Assembly: GCA_951406725.2 (NCBI GenBank)
Contig: OX597821.1
Location: 82,832,001 to 82,896,000, forward strand
Reading direction: 5' to 3'
Length of the DNA: 64,000 nt
Source: Octopus vulgaris
Taxonomy: Eukaryota
Translations under genes and position numbers: made by a program
Shown: piece by piece, positions 53,286-64,000 of the stretch
How positions within the stretch are numbered: position 1 is the stretch's first letter
Layout: every line of letters starts with the position of its first letter
The notes under the pieces: model-generated
The model's input: only the letters and a program-made list of their open reading frames with translations
Databases searched by the model: none
What the model was told of the DNA's origin: nothing

Positions 53286-53354
53286 ATATTTGTTTGGGAC
53301 AGCACTCACAGAACAGCTGGAAAGTATCAATATATTTTTATCAGCCTCCTGTGG
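53286..53354 (+). CDS. ARMH1: ARMH1 coding exon 2
   Basis: After TTCCTTAAT...ttcag the exon reads (S)YLFGTALTEQLESINIFLSASCG, then donor GTAAGA. 69 nt, phase 2 to 2, bridging exons 1 and 3 in frame. Not in the ORF track. Confidence 0.85.
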
Positions 53355-53984
53355 GTAAGAAGCATGTTTGTTGTTTACAACTACATTAAATGCTGATATA
53401 TCACTAATTTCTGTTTTTATGTTTGTCATTATTCAGTTTATTTCAAGATTTCTTGACAATAGTGAAAGAACTGGTTTCTAACCTAGATTCAAGGCTCCCT
53501 CATTGGAATTTCAACATCAACAAAAGGGTATTTTTATATGTATATATGTATGTATGTATGTATGTTTAGATATATATATGTATAAACGGAAACAAATGGA
53601 AAACACACATACACAATATATATACATTCGTGTGTGTGTATATATATATATATATATATGATTGCATGTCAGTGTGTATCATATTTGTGTGTACTGTGTA
53701 TGCAAGTATAAGAACATTCTTGAAAGAGAGAAGTAGTGTCTTCAGTTGTCTCCTTCCCTCTCAACACCAATCCGTTCTGCAATCAAGCTCCTTCCTGCTT
53801 AATTTCTGGCCTTGTGCATAAAGTAGAAATTATCACTATTGTGTGTTATGGCAGGGATTGGTGGAATCAGTAAAATATGTTTGTGTGTATGTATGTGTGA
53901 ATGTGTGTGTGTGTGTGTGCATTTGTGTGTAAGGTTGAGCGAATGTGTTTATGTGTGTACTGTTGTATGTTTGCCTTTTTATGT

Positions 53985-54384
53985 ATTACTCTTTTACTCT
54001 TTTATTTGTTTCAGTCATTTGACTGCGGCCATGCTGGAGCACCACCTTTAGTCGAGTAAATCGACCCCAGGACTTATTCTTTGTAAGCCTAGTACTTATT
54101 CTGTCGGTGTCTTTTGCTGAACCGCTAAGTTACGGGGACGTAAACATATCAGCATCGGTTGTCAAGCGATGTTGGGGAGGACAAACATAGACACAAATAT
54201 ATATATATATATACATATATACAACGGGCTTCTTTCAGTTTCCGTCTACCAAATCCACTCACAAGGCTTTAGTCGGCCCGAGGCTATAGTAGAAGACACT
54301 TGTCCAAGATGCCATGCAGTGGGACTGAACCCGGAACCATGTGGTTGGTAAGCCAGCTACTTACCACACAACCACTCCTGCACC
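53985..54384 (-). mobile_element. CORE-type SINE copy
   Basis: Reverse complement of the 5534 family. Confidence 0.85.
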
Positions 54385-54729
54385 TATGTATGTTTATACA
54401 TAATGTCATGAGTTGATTCAGACATTGGTGCAATAGTTACCTGTTTTCCTATGCAGATGTATTTTTTGAGTTAGGTGACCATGTAGAGACTCACTTGATG
54501 GTGATGATGATGTTGTTGATGATGATGATGATTTCATTGTTTAACCCCCCCCCCCTCCCCAGTTCAGCTGAGATCAAAATGCATTGTAGTATTGCTTCTT
54601 ATGTTCTGAGTTCAAGTGCCAACTACCATTCTTCCAGGATCAATTTAACCAATTAACCCCATTTGTTTCACATTTCTGGTCTTGTGGCTATATTAAGAAT
54701 TATCATTATTACTATGATTATTGTTGCAG

Positions 54730-54896
54730 GCATCTGTTTATGACTGAATTCATTGAAATTGGTGGAATTTTCACTTTGATTGCAATCCTCCGCTTATCCC
54801 AACTGTCAAATAATCACAAAACCAATGCTGTAATCTGCTTACAGAGTATCTCCAATGCTGGTCGCAAATACAAAGAATTAATTTGTGAAAGTTACG
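54730..54896 (+). CDS. ARMH1: ARMH1 coding exon 3 (no further exon recognised in the window)
   Basis: Acceptor ttgcag, then HLFMTEFIEIGGIFTL...ISNAGRKYKELICESYG (family motif GRKYKELICESYG), donor GTGAGT. Confidence 0.9.
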
Positions 54897-55087
54897 GTGA
54901 GTTCATAGTCCAAATATATATATGGCTGTATGGTTAAGAAATTTGCTTCCAAACCTCATGGTTTCAGGTTCAGCTCCATTGTGCATCATCTTAGGCAGGT
55001 TTCTTCTAGTATAGCTCCTGGCCAACAAAAGCCCTGTGAGTGAATTTGGCAGAAGGAAACTGAAAGAATCCCATTGTGTATATATAT

Positions 55088-55119
<32 letters not shown>

Positions 55120-55586
55120 TATCATCGTTTAATGTCTGCTTTCCATGCTAGCATGAGTTGGACGATTTGACTGAGGACTGGTGAACCAGATGGCTGCACC
55201 AGGCTCCAATCTGATCGTGCAGAGTTTCTACAGCTGGATGCCCTTCCTAACGCCAACCACTCCTAGAGTGTAGTGGGTGCTTTTATGTGCCACCAGCACG
55301 AGGGCCAGTCAGGCAGTACTGGCAATGGCCATGCTCAAATGGTGTTTTTTATGTGCCACCTGCACAGGAGCCAGTCCAGTGGCACTGGCAACAATCTCAC
55401 TTGAATGTATTTTACGTGCCAGTAAGGCGACGCTGTTAACAATCACATTTGAATGGTGCTTTTTACGTGCCACCGGCACGGAAGCCGGTTTGCTGCTCTG
55501 GCAGCGATAACGCTCGGATGTTGCTCTTAGCGCTCCTTTGGCATGGGTGCCAGTCATCGAATTTGCAAATTTGATTTGATTTCAAT

Positions 55587-55635
<49 letters not shown>

Positions 55636-56516
55636 GTATGTATGTACATATGTATATATGTATGTTTGTGAGTGTGTTGTATATGTTTGTGTCTCCTGGT
55701 TTTGACATTGTGTGATAGTTGTAAATGAGTGCCACTGTTATACAAGCAGTGTCATTCATTTCCAGTGTTCTGCAAAAACATGCCAGGGCATAGGGAGATA
55801 TTACTTTGCTTGGAAACAGGTGAAGTTTAGCAACAGGAAGGACATCTGACTTGAAAACCTGCCTCAGTAAGTTCCGTTTGATCCATGGAAGCAAGGAAAA
55901 ATGGGAGATTAAAGTGACAATCGTTTCAATATCTTTTGATTTAGGAGATTTTGAGTCATCATCCGCAACTGTCTGTTTGGAGATGACTTAAACGGTGGTG
56001 TAATAATTACCTCTTTTCCAATGTAGATATATTTTTGGAGTTGGGTGACCATGTAGAGACTCACTTGATGGTGATGATGATCTTGATGATGATTTCATTG
56101 TTTAACCCCCAGGTCAGCTGGGCTCAAGCTGACCTATTGCCAAATCTAATCCAACTGTGACCATATTGCCTGTTTCTTAAAAGCAGAGAACTGGCAACTA
56201 CTTTATCAAATGCATCATTTTCTAAGAGGATGACAGTGTGGTTTGAGAAAGATTTGGCTGCTATTTCTAGCTGATTGTGTAACCAAATAAAGCTTTCCCA
56301 TTGGTTTAATGGTGATGGGCCTCTTTGTTGGTCAGGGTTAGCCACATATCTGCACATGTATGCATAGGCAGAGTTGCTTTGAAGATGATTGATGATTGTC
56401 CATACACACAAGCGTACAAACCTCATCCCTCTAAAGTAAAAGCCATCACCTTTGGGTCAGTGCAGTTTTCAATGGCATGTACCCACAGCAGTCACATGTT
56501 TGGATGAGAATTCATT

Positions 56517-56606
<90 letters not shown>

Positions 56607-57205
56607 TATATAGGGAGAATTCACAAAAGAAAAACAAAAGACAAAGACAGATGTATTAGTATAACGCTCAGGAAGTGAAAAAGTCTTTAACGTTTCGAGC
56701 CTATGCTCTTCAGTGTTGAAAAATTAAAATGTTGAAAACAGAAGGTGTAAGTTTGAATGTTCATAGCATTTTAATTTGTCAACATTGAAACTTTTAAAGA
56801 TGTTTTTTCTAATTTTAAACTTTTACAATTGATAAACAAAAAATATTGTTGAAACTAGTTTGGTATATATGTAAATAAATGCATTTTAAACATTTACGAG
56901 TTTTTGAATTTAGGTGCATTTTCAACAACACATTTTCCTATATATAACGTCTGCTTTCTATGCTAGCATGGGTTGGACGGTTCAACTGGGGTCTGGGAAG
57001 CCAGAAGGCTGCATCAGGCTCAGTCTGATCTGGCAATGTTTCTACGGCTGGATGCCCTACCTAACGCCAACCACTCCGTAAGTGTAGTGGGTGCTTTTTA
57101 TGTGCCAGACGAGGCTGGCAAATGGCCATGATCGGATGGTGCTATTTACGTGCCACCGGCATGGAGGCCAGGTGAAGCTGGCAACGGCCATGATTGGATG
57201 GTGCT

Positions 57206-57272
<67 letters not shown>

Positions 57273-57404
57273 TTTTCTTTCAGTTTCTGTCTATAACATT
57301 CACTCAGAAGTCTTTGTTTGGTGTGGAGCTATGGGAGAAGACTCTTGCTCAAGTTGCCATGCGGGAGAACTGAACATAGGATTAGGAAGATAACTGCAAG
57401 GCCA

Positions 57405-58245
57405 TGTTAGTAACAGTAACGGGAGTGGTAGTAAATAGTAGTCATAGTGATAGTAAGGATAAAGAGAGTAGTGATGGTGGTGTTGGTGGTGGTGGTGGTG
57501 GTGGTGGTGGCAGTGATGATGTAATAAGAATATCATCAGAAGTGATGGTAGTGGTGATGGGAGTGGTGGTATTGGTGGTGATGGTAGTGGTGTTGATGGT
57601 GGTGGTGGTGGCAATGGCAATGGTGGTTGTGATGGTAGTGGTGGTGGTGGTGGTGGCACTGATGGTAGTAGAAGTGATATGGAGGTGATGGTGATGGTAG
57701 TGAACATTGGTAGTAATTGTTGTGATGTGATGATGCTGGTGACGATGATGGTGATGTTTACTATTCCCTGATTGTCCAACGGCAGATCCTTCCTGGCACA
57801 CCTTCTTGGATTGCTGTAGTTTTTAGAACAGCTTTCACATAATGGAATGTTTTTAAATGATTGGCGTCATCAATACTGCAACCACCAAGTACATTGACAA
57901 CAACAATGACCAACCCCTCCACCACCACCACCACCATGCCATCATCATCATTGTCATCATTATCAACATCATCATCATCATCATCATCACTGTCCTCTTC
58001 ATGGTCATCATTGTCATCATCATCACCCCCCCCCTCTCTTCCTCCTCCTCCTCTTCATCTTCATCATCATCATCATCATCATCACCATCCTTCTCATCAT
58101 CATTATCATTGTTAACACCATCCTTCTCCCTCTCCTCACCACCACCACCATCACCCCCCATCATCATCATCATCATCACCACCACCATCATCGTCAACAT
58201 TATCATCACCATTATCACCATTATCATTGCCATTACTCCCATTAT
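57405..58245. repeat. Opposed trinucleotide low-complexity tracts: (GGT/GAT)n then (CAC/CAT)n
   Basis: Directly visible; separated by about 100 bp of unique sequence. Confidence 0.9.
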
Positions 58246-58420
58246 GACCTTCCATGCTGTCATGGGTTGGACGATTTGACAGAAGCCAGCCAGGCAGAAG
58301 CCGGCACTTGACTTCTGCATCTGTTTTGGCAGGGTTTTTATGGCTGGATGTTCTTCCTAACTCCAGCCACCCAGCATATATACATATATATGTGTGTGTA
58401 TATGTATGTGTGTGTGTGTA

Positions 58421-58641
58421 TACAAGGGTGTGCTGCAAGGTTCCTGGCTTTAAGGGTATCATGAAAAGCCTGGCTGGGGGCCCAACCTTCCAAGTCCTTT
58501 TACAGGGCTTACAAAAACCAGAGAGATACTGCAATAAGTGTGTGAATCTGAGAGGGGAATATGTTGCATAAAATCATACATAACTGTTCCTCCTGTATTT
58601 TCTTTTACCCAAAGTCTGGAACTTTTCAGCACACCCTCTTA
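58421..58641. mobile_element. Mariner-derived MITE
   Basis: TIRs TACAAGGGTGTGCTGCAAGGTTCCTGGCTTT and AAAGTCTGGAACTTTTCAGCACACCCTCTTA. Confidence 0.75.
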
Positions 58642-58684
58642 CACACACACACACACACATATTCATATCATCATCATTATCATC

Positions 58685-58704
<20 letters not shown>

Positions 58705-58720
<16 letters not shown>

Positions 58721-59398
58721 AATGGCAAGTTTGTTGTGTTTGTGAATTTGTTACTTTAACTCCTCCAAGGCTATCCAACAGACCTTGGTAAAACTTGACA
58801 CGTGTGTGGGGCTTGTGTCCATGCGGTCACTTACGCACTTCGAATTTTTCAAAAATCGATTTTTAATCAGCATCAATTTTTCAAAAATTGTAAAATTTCG
58901 GCATTTTTCTCAGTAGCCATCATGGCATCAATTTTGTGAAAAATGCCAAAATTTGACGAAAAAGGCTTCATGGGTATAAACAGACACCTTATTAGTGGTA
59001 ATCTATTTAGCATTTGCTAATTCTTCATTTCAATGCAAATTGCTTTGATTTGCTAAAACTTATTATTTCAATTCGTTGTTTTAATTCCACAGCGTTTCAG
59101 GTTTTGATTAGGTAAGAGCATTTTATTTCTCAAGCAAAATTTAGGCATTTTGTGAACTAGCCATCATGACCATCAATTTGACAAAATCTGCCCCAAAGGG
59201 TAAAATTTGGCCATTTTACGCACATGCACAAAAATGACAACGACATGGGTTTGCTACCAGACTCTGCTCATTTTGTCATCAAATTAGTCCTACCCATTAA
59301 TATAGATTTCAAATTTTTGAAAAATTTGATAAAAAACGTTTCATGGCTATGAACAGACACCTTATTAACAGTAATTTATTACCGGATACCTCCGCTAG
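58705..59398 (+). mobile_element. Helitron-like element with internal direct repeats
   Basis: TATATAAAA start, AACAGACACCTTATTA repeated at about 58979 and 59352, ends CCGCTAG|T. Confidence 0.4.
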
Positions 59399-59513
59399 TA
59401 TATATATATATATATATAAATATATATATATATTGATAAAAAAGGAAAGACAACAAAAGAAAGAAAGAGACCTCGATATTATGTAAAGAGAGGAATTTAT
59501 CTGTAAATGTAAT

Positions 59514-59610
59514 ATGTGACAATTATTCGGTAGGCATGATAAAACTCCGAGTTTCCACCTCGGCATCCGAAACTCGGAGTTTTATCATGGCTACCAAATA
59601 ATTGTCACAT
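59514..59610. repeat. Near-perfect hairpin (42-bp arms, 13-nt loop)
   Basis: ATGTGACAATTATTCGGTAGGCATGATAAAACTCCGAGTTTC pairs with GAAACTCGGAGTTTTATCATGGCTACCAAATAATTGTCACAT. Confidence 0.9.
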
Positions 59611-59635
59611 TTACATATATATATATATACTCTCT

Positions 59636-60040
59636 CTCTTTTTTACTCTTTTACTTGTTTCAGTCATTTGACTGCAGCCATGCTGGAGCACCGCCTTTAG
59701 TCGAGCAAATTGACCCCGGGACTTATTCTTTGTAAGCCCAGTACTTATTCTATCAGTCTCTTTTGCCGAACCGCTAAGTGACGGGGACGTAAACACACCA
59801 GCATCGGTTGTCAAGCAATGCTAGGGGGACAAACGCAGACACACAAACACACACACACATATATATATATACACATATATACGACAGGCTTCTTTCAGTT
59901 TCCGTCTACCAAATTCACTCACAAGGCATTGGTCGGCCCAGGGCTATAGCAGAAGACACTTGCCCAAGATTCCACGCAGTGGGACTGAACCCGGAACCAT
60001 GTGGTTGGTTAGCAAGCTACTTACCACACAGCCACTCCTG
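59636..60040 (-). mobile_element. CORE-type SINE copy
   Basis: Near-identical reverse complement of 5534-5939. Confidence 0.85.
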
Positions 60041-60596
60041 TATATCATATATATATATATATATATGATATATATATATATATCTTATATATATATATCC
60101 ATATTTATGCATGTGTGTGTGTCTCTTTCCTTTGACATTGCACAATTATTGTAAATAAGCATCACTGTCCAACAAAGCATTATGGAGAAATATGCTTGAA
60201 AACAGGCATGGGTTGCTGACAGGAGAACAACTGTCCATTGAAAATCCACCTCATTGTATTTTGCGTGACTCATGAAACCTGAGAAAGTTGATACTAAAAT
60301 GATGGTGATGATGTATGAAAATGACTTATGAATAAAACTATGACTATAAATAACAGCTCACAATACACTGTATAAAAAAAAACCCTTGGAGAGAAAAATA
60401 CTGAACAATAATCCCCATTACTCATACTGGTCATCTCCCATCTGAAGTGGTCACTCGAGTGACTCTGGGTTTCAACTGCCTATATTAGGCACTCCTACAA
60501 GTTAGAAAGGAAGCTGAGGCACATAATTTGGAAATGAGTCTTTTACAGATGGTCATGATTCCATTACATCAAAGTGACTCTGCAACTCTTATTTTG

Positions 60597-60652
<56 letters not shown>

Positions 60653-60851
60653 ATTGCTAAATCCACAAGTTTTTTCTGTTCTCTCTCTTCTTATTTCCTC
60701 ATGTCGCTTTTTGTTGAAGAGTGTAGGCTTGAAACATAAAAGACTTTCTCACCTTCCCGAGCATCAAACTAATACACCTGCTTGTTGTTTACACACCTGT
60801 CTTTGTCTTCTGTTTTTCTGTAAATTTCAACTATATATATATGTATGTATA

Positions 60852-62381
60852 CCATGGTGGCATTTAATTTAAGAATGCTAGTACATTAATGTTAAAATAG
60901 CATTTTTTTATATATTCAGGTTATAAAATGTGAATTAAGATGTATATCAAAATAAGGAAAATTTCATGAGCTTTAATATATATACAACTTTACATCATAA
61001 CATCAACATATCCTAATTTATAGTGCCATTTAATTTAAGAATGATTTGTAAAATTTCATTTTTTTGCTTTAAAAAGTTTATCCTGAGATTAACTAAAAAA
61101 CAATAAGAAGCTCACACAATCAGTATTTGGTTGGGTATCCAAAATTACTTCAGACAGCTTTGCATCTGCAAAACATAGAATTGTTCAGATCATTTATCAC
61201 TGTTCCTGAGATTTTTCTCCAATTTTGGCTAATAATGTTAAAAAAAATCATCCTTATTCTGTGGCTTACTACTTTGCACAGCTCTACCCAACCATTCCCA
61301 AAGATTTTTGATGGGATTTAGGTCGAATGCGCCGGCCCCTACATCAGCAGAACTCTCTTTGACCTAATCTCTGATTAGGTACAAGTTGTATTTCAAGTCG
61401 CTGTCATGTTGCAAAGTCCAAGATCAGTCCAAATGCTTTCAGACATATGGAAGTGTAGTCTTATCCAATATTTCTGGACAGGACTTACTTTCCATAATGC
61501 CCTTGATTCAGATTGTAAGACTGACACCTTTTCCAGACATACACCCCCACACCATCACACTTCCACCACCATGCTTATTTGTAGGTCAAATGCATTCTGG
61601 ATGATATTCTTTACCTATACACCTCCTTACATACTTCCTTCCATCACTACCAAACAAGTTAATTTTGACTTGTCTGACCACAACACATTCGACCAACCTG
61701 CTGGACTCCAATGCTGTTTTGCGAACTGTATTCAGGCATATCGCTTTTTTAAAGAAATGTATAGATTTTTATGAGAGACTCTTCTCAGAAGTCCAAATTC
61801 TTTGAGACAGTTTTTTCATGGTGGACACTCAAATGGTAAGTTCATTTTTTGCCAAATTTCTTTTAAAATGTCAACAGCAGTCACTTTTAGTTTTCGTTTA
61901 CAGTCTATGAATGTATCTATCCATTCTTGCCATTGTTTTTTCTTGGTTGCCCAGGTCGAGAGCAGTGTTTATAATCATTAGTTTCTTTATAAAGATGGAC
62001 AGCAGTGTAGACGGCTGTTTTAGAGCATCCTACTTCATTTGAAATAGCTTTATATGACCACTTCAGCCTACTAAGCTGAACGATTCTCACTCTGGTTTCT
62101 GGTGTTAAGTTTTGTCTCTTACCCATCACAGTTATTAAGTAACTTAAAAATTGCAACAGCATGCAAATTACGCCTACCTTTATTTTAGTCAATAAGGCAG
62201 AAAAAAAATGAAATTTTTCAAATCATTCCTAAATTACACAAAGTAAAGTTTACCATATTAAAGCTTGTGAAATTTTCCTTATCTTGATATACATCTTAGT
62301 TCACAATTTTCAACTTGAATATATAAAAAATGCCATTTTAACATTAGTGTACCAACGTTCTTAAATTAAATTGCGCCACTG
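60852..62381 (-). mobile_element. Tc1-family DNA transposon, full-length but decayed, with long IR/DR-type terminal inverted repeats
   Basis: TIRs of about 200 bp flanked by TA. Minus-strand MGKRQNLTPETRVRIV...RPGQPRK, VLWSD, HGGGSVMVWGCMS, QHDSD and NPIKNLW motifs, with stops and frameshifts. Confidence 0.9.
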
Positions 62382-62788
62382 TATATAAATATTCACACAC
62401 ACAAAAAGTAAGACACAATACAGACTTGTAAACCTTTAATATACTTGGTAGGATATTTTGGTTGCAAATGAAATACTGTGCCCTTGCTAGTAACTAATAT
62501 TCATGTTCCAGTTGCCAGGAATATGTTTGATATGTAAATTTATCTATCTAATAGCATTACACCGCTAAACTTTGCAGATATTTAGTCAATGCATTTGTAG
62601 ATAATTCATGGGTTGGATTTGGTACTGATCAAAGAGCAATAACTCTTGAGATATGTATATACACCTATTACCTGTTTATTCTATCTTCAATTGCATTGTT
62701 TACATAAATGAATTTGTACACAAAACATCAAAACTTAGAATGGTGGCTCTGAATTCTATAGAAAATCTATAGTTTATCCCTTAAAAAG

Positions 62789-62852
<64 letters not shown>

Positions 62853-63027
62853 TTGCAAATGTCGAATGATGAAAATGAGCACTCAACACTGCATTGATGG
62901 ATATGATTTATTTATTTGTGAATTAAGGCTACCATTGGTTTCATGTTAATGGTAGGAAAATATCCTAGTGTCTTAGCACTTTTTCAAACTGATGACATGT
63001 CATTATATATATATTTTTCTCTCTCGT

Positions 63028-63227
63028 TCTCTCTTTTACTTGCTTCATTCATTTGACTATGGCCATGCTGGAGCACCGCCTTTAGTCGAGCAAATTGACC
63101 CCAGGACTTATTTTTTGTAAGCCTAGTACCTATTCTATCGGTCTCTTTTGCCGAACCGCTAAGTTGCAGAGACGTAAACACACCAGCATCAGTTGTCAAG
63201 TGATGTTGGGGAACAAACATAGACACA

Positions 63228-63286
<59 letters not shown>

Positions 63287-63474
63287 ATATATATATATAT
63301 ATACATATATACGACAGGCTTCTTTCAGTTTCTGTCTACCAAATCCACTCACAAGGATTTGGTTGGCCCGAGGCTATAGTAGAAGACATTTGCCCAAGGT
63401 GCCATGCAGTGGGAATGAACCCGGAACCATGTGGTTGGTAAGCAAGCTACTTACCACACAGCCACTCCTGTGCC
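63028..63474 (-). mobile_element. CORE-type SINE copy
   Basis: Reverse complement of the 5534 family with expanded (CA)n. Confidence 0.85.
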
Positions 63475-64000
63475 TATATTATATATATTGTAACATATAA
63501 TTGCTAACCAAGTGTGGTGTCCTATACAGGACAGTGCTACTGGCATTTATAGCCCCAGGAAGACATCTCTTCCAGCTGACTAACAACACACATTCTGTGT
63601 CCAATTTGTATATCTTCCTGGGGCTATAAAACCCAGTAGCACTGTCCCATATAGGACGCCACAATTAGTTGGCAATTATATGTTGCGATTCCATATTGCT
63701 ACTGTTTACATCTTGCTCAGAGATCAGCGAATGTGTGGGTGTGTAGCCTCGTCTGGCCCCCGTGCTGGTGGCACGTAAAAGCACCATCCGTTCGTGGCCG
63801 TTTGCCAGCTCCGTCTGGCACCTGTGCCGGTGGCATGTAAAAAGCACCCACTACACTCATGGAGTGGTTGGCGTTTGGAAGGGCATCCAGCCGTAGAAAC
63901 ACTGCCAGATCAGACTGGAACCTGGTGCAACCTCCTGGCTTCCCAGACCTCGGTCGAACTGTCCAACCCATGCTAGCATGGAAAGCGGACGCTAAATGAT

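Noticed and set aside
55945-55992. Candidate ARMH1 exon 4 after tttag
   Set aside because: In-frame stop within 16 codons and no resemblance to the expected continuation.
57300-58534. Poly-His/Pro/Met/Asp ORFs
   Set aside because: Trinucleotide low-complexity sequence open in many frames, with no splice or homology support.

Overview
AT-rich, intron- and microsatellite-rich animal genomic DNA, most likely an octopus; this is inferred from the CORE-, Meta- and V-type SINE repertoire and not verified. Three spliced genes can be reconstructed by eye with consistent splice phases. CFAP53/CCDC11 lies on the minus strand (exons 1-5, 18926 down to 2401, continuing off the left edge). TMEM53 lies on the minus strand (2 coding exons, 41035 to 34853, complete, 291 aa). 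ARMH1/C1orf228 lies on the plus strand (exons 1-3, 49129-54896, continuing to the right), head-to-head with TMEM53 as in human. ARMH1 intron 1 is a minor-spliceosome (U12-type) intron and the gene has a textbook RFX X-box. The rest is decayed transposons: Penelope-like elements, RTE and CR1-type LINEs, SINEs, Tc1/mariner, Helitron-like elements and MITEs. The most unusual signal is a Penelope 3' module made of a tRNA-like Pol III promoter, an (AAT)n spacer and a minimal hammerhead ribozyme. This module also occurs twice on its own as ORF-less fold-back dimers that invert at the tRNA 5' end. Most ORFs in the supplied track are repeat or microsatellite artefacts. All assignments are from manual reading and recalled protein families; no searches were run.
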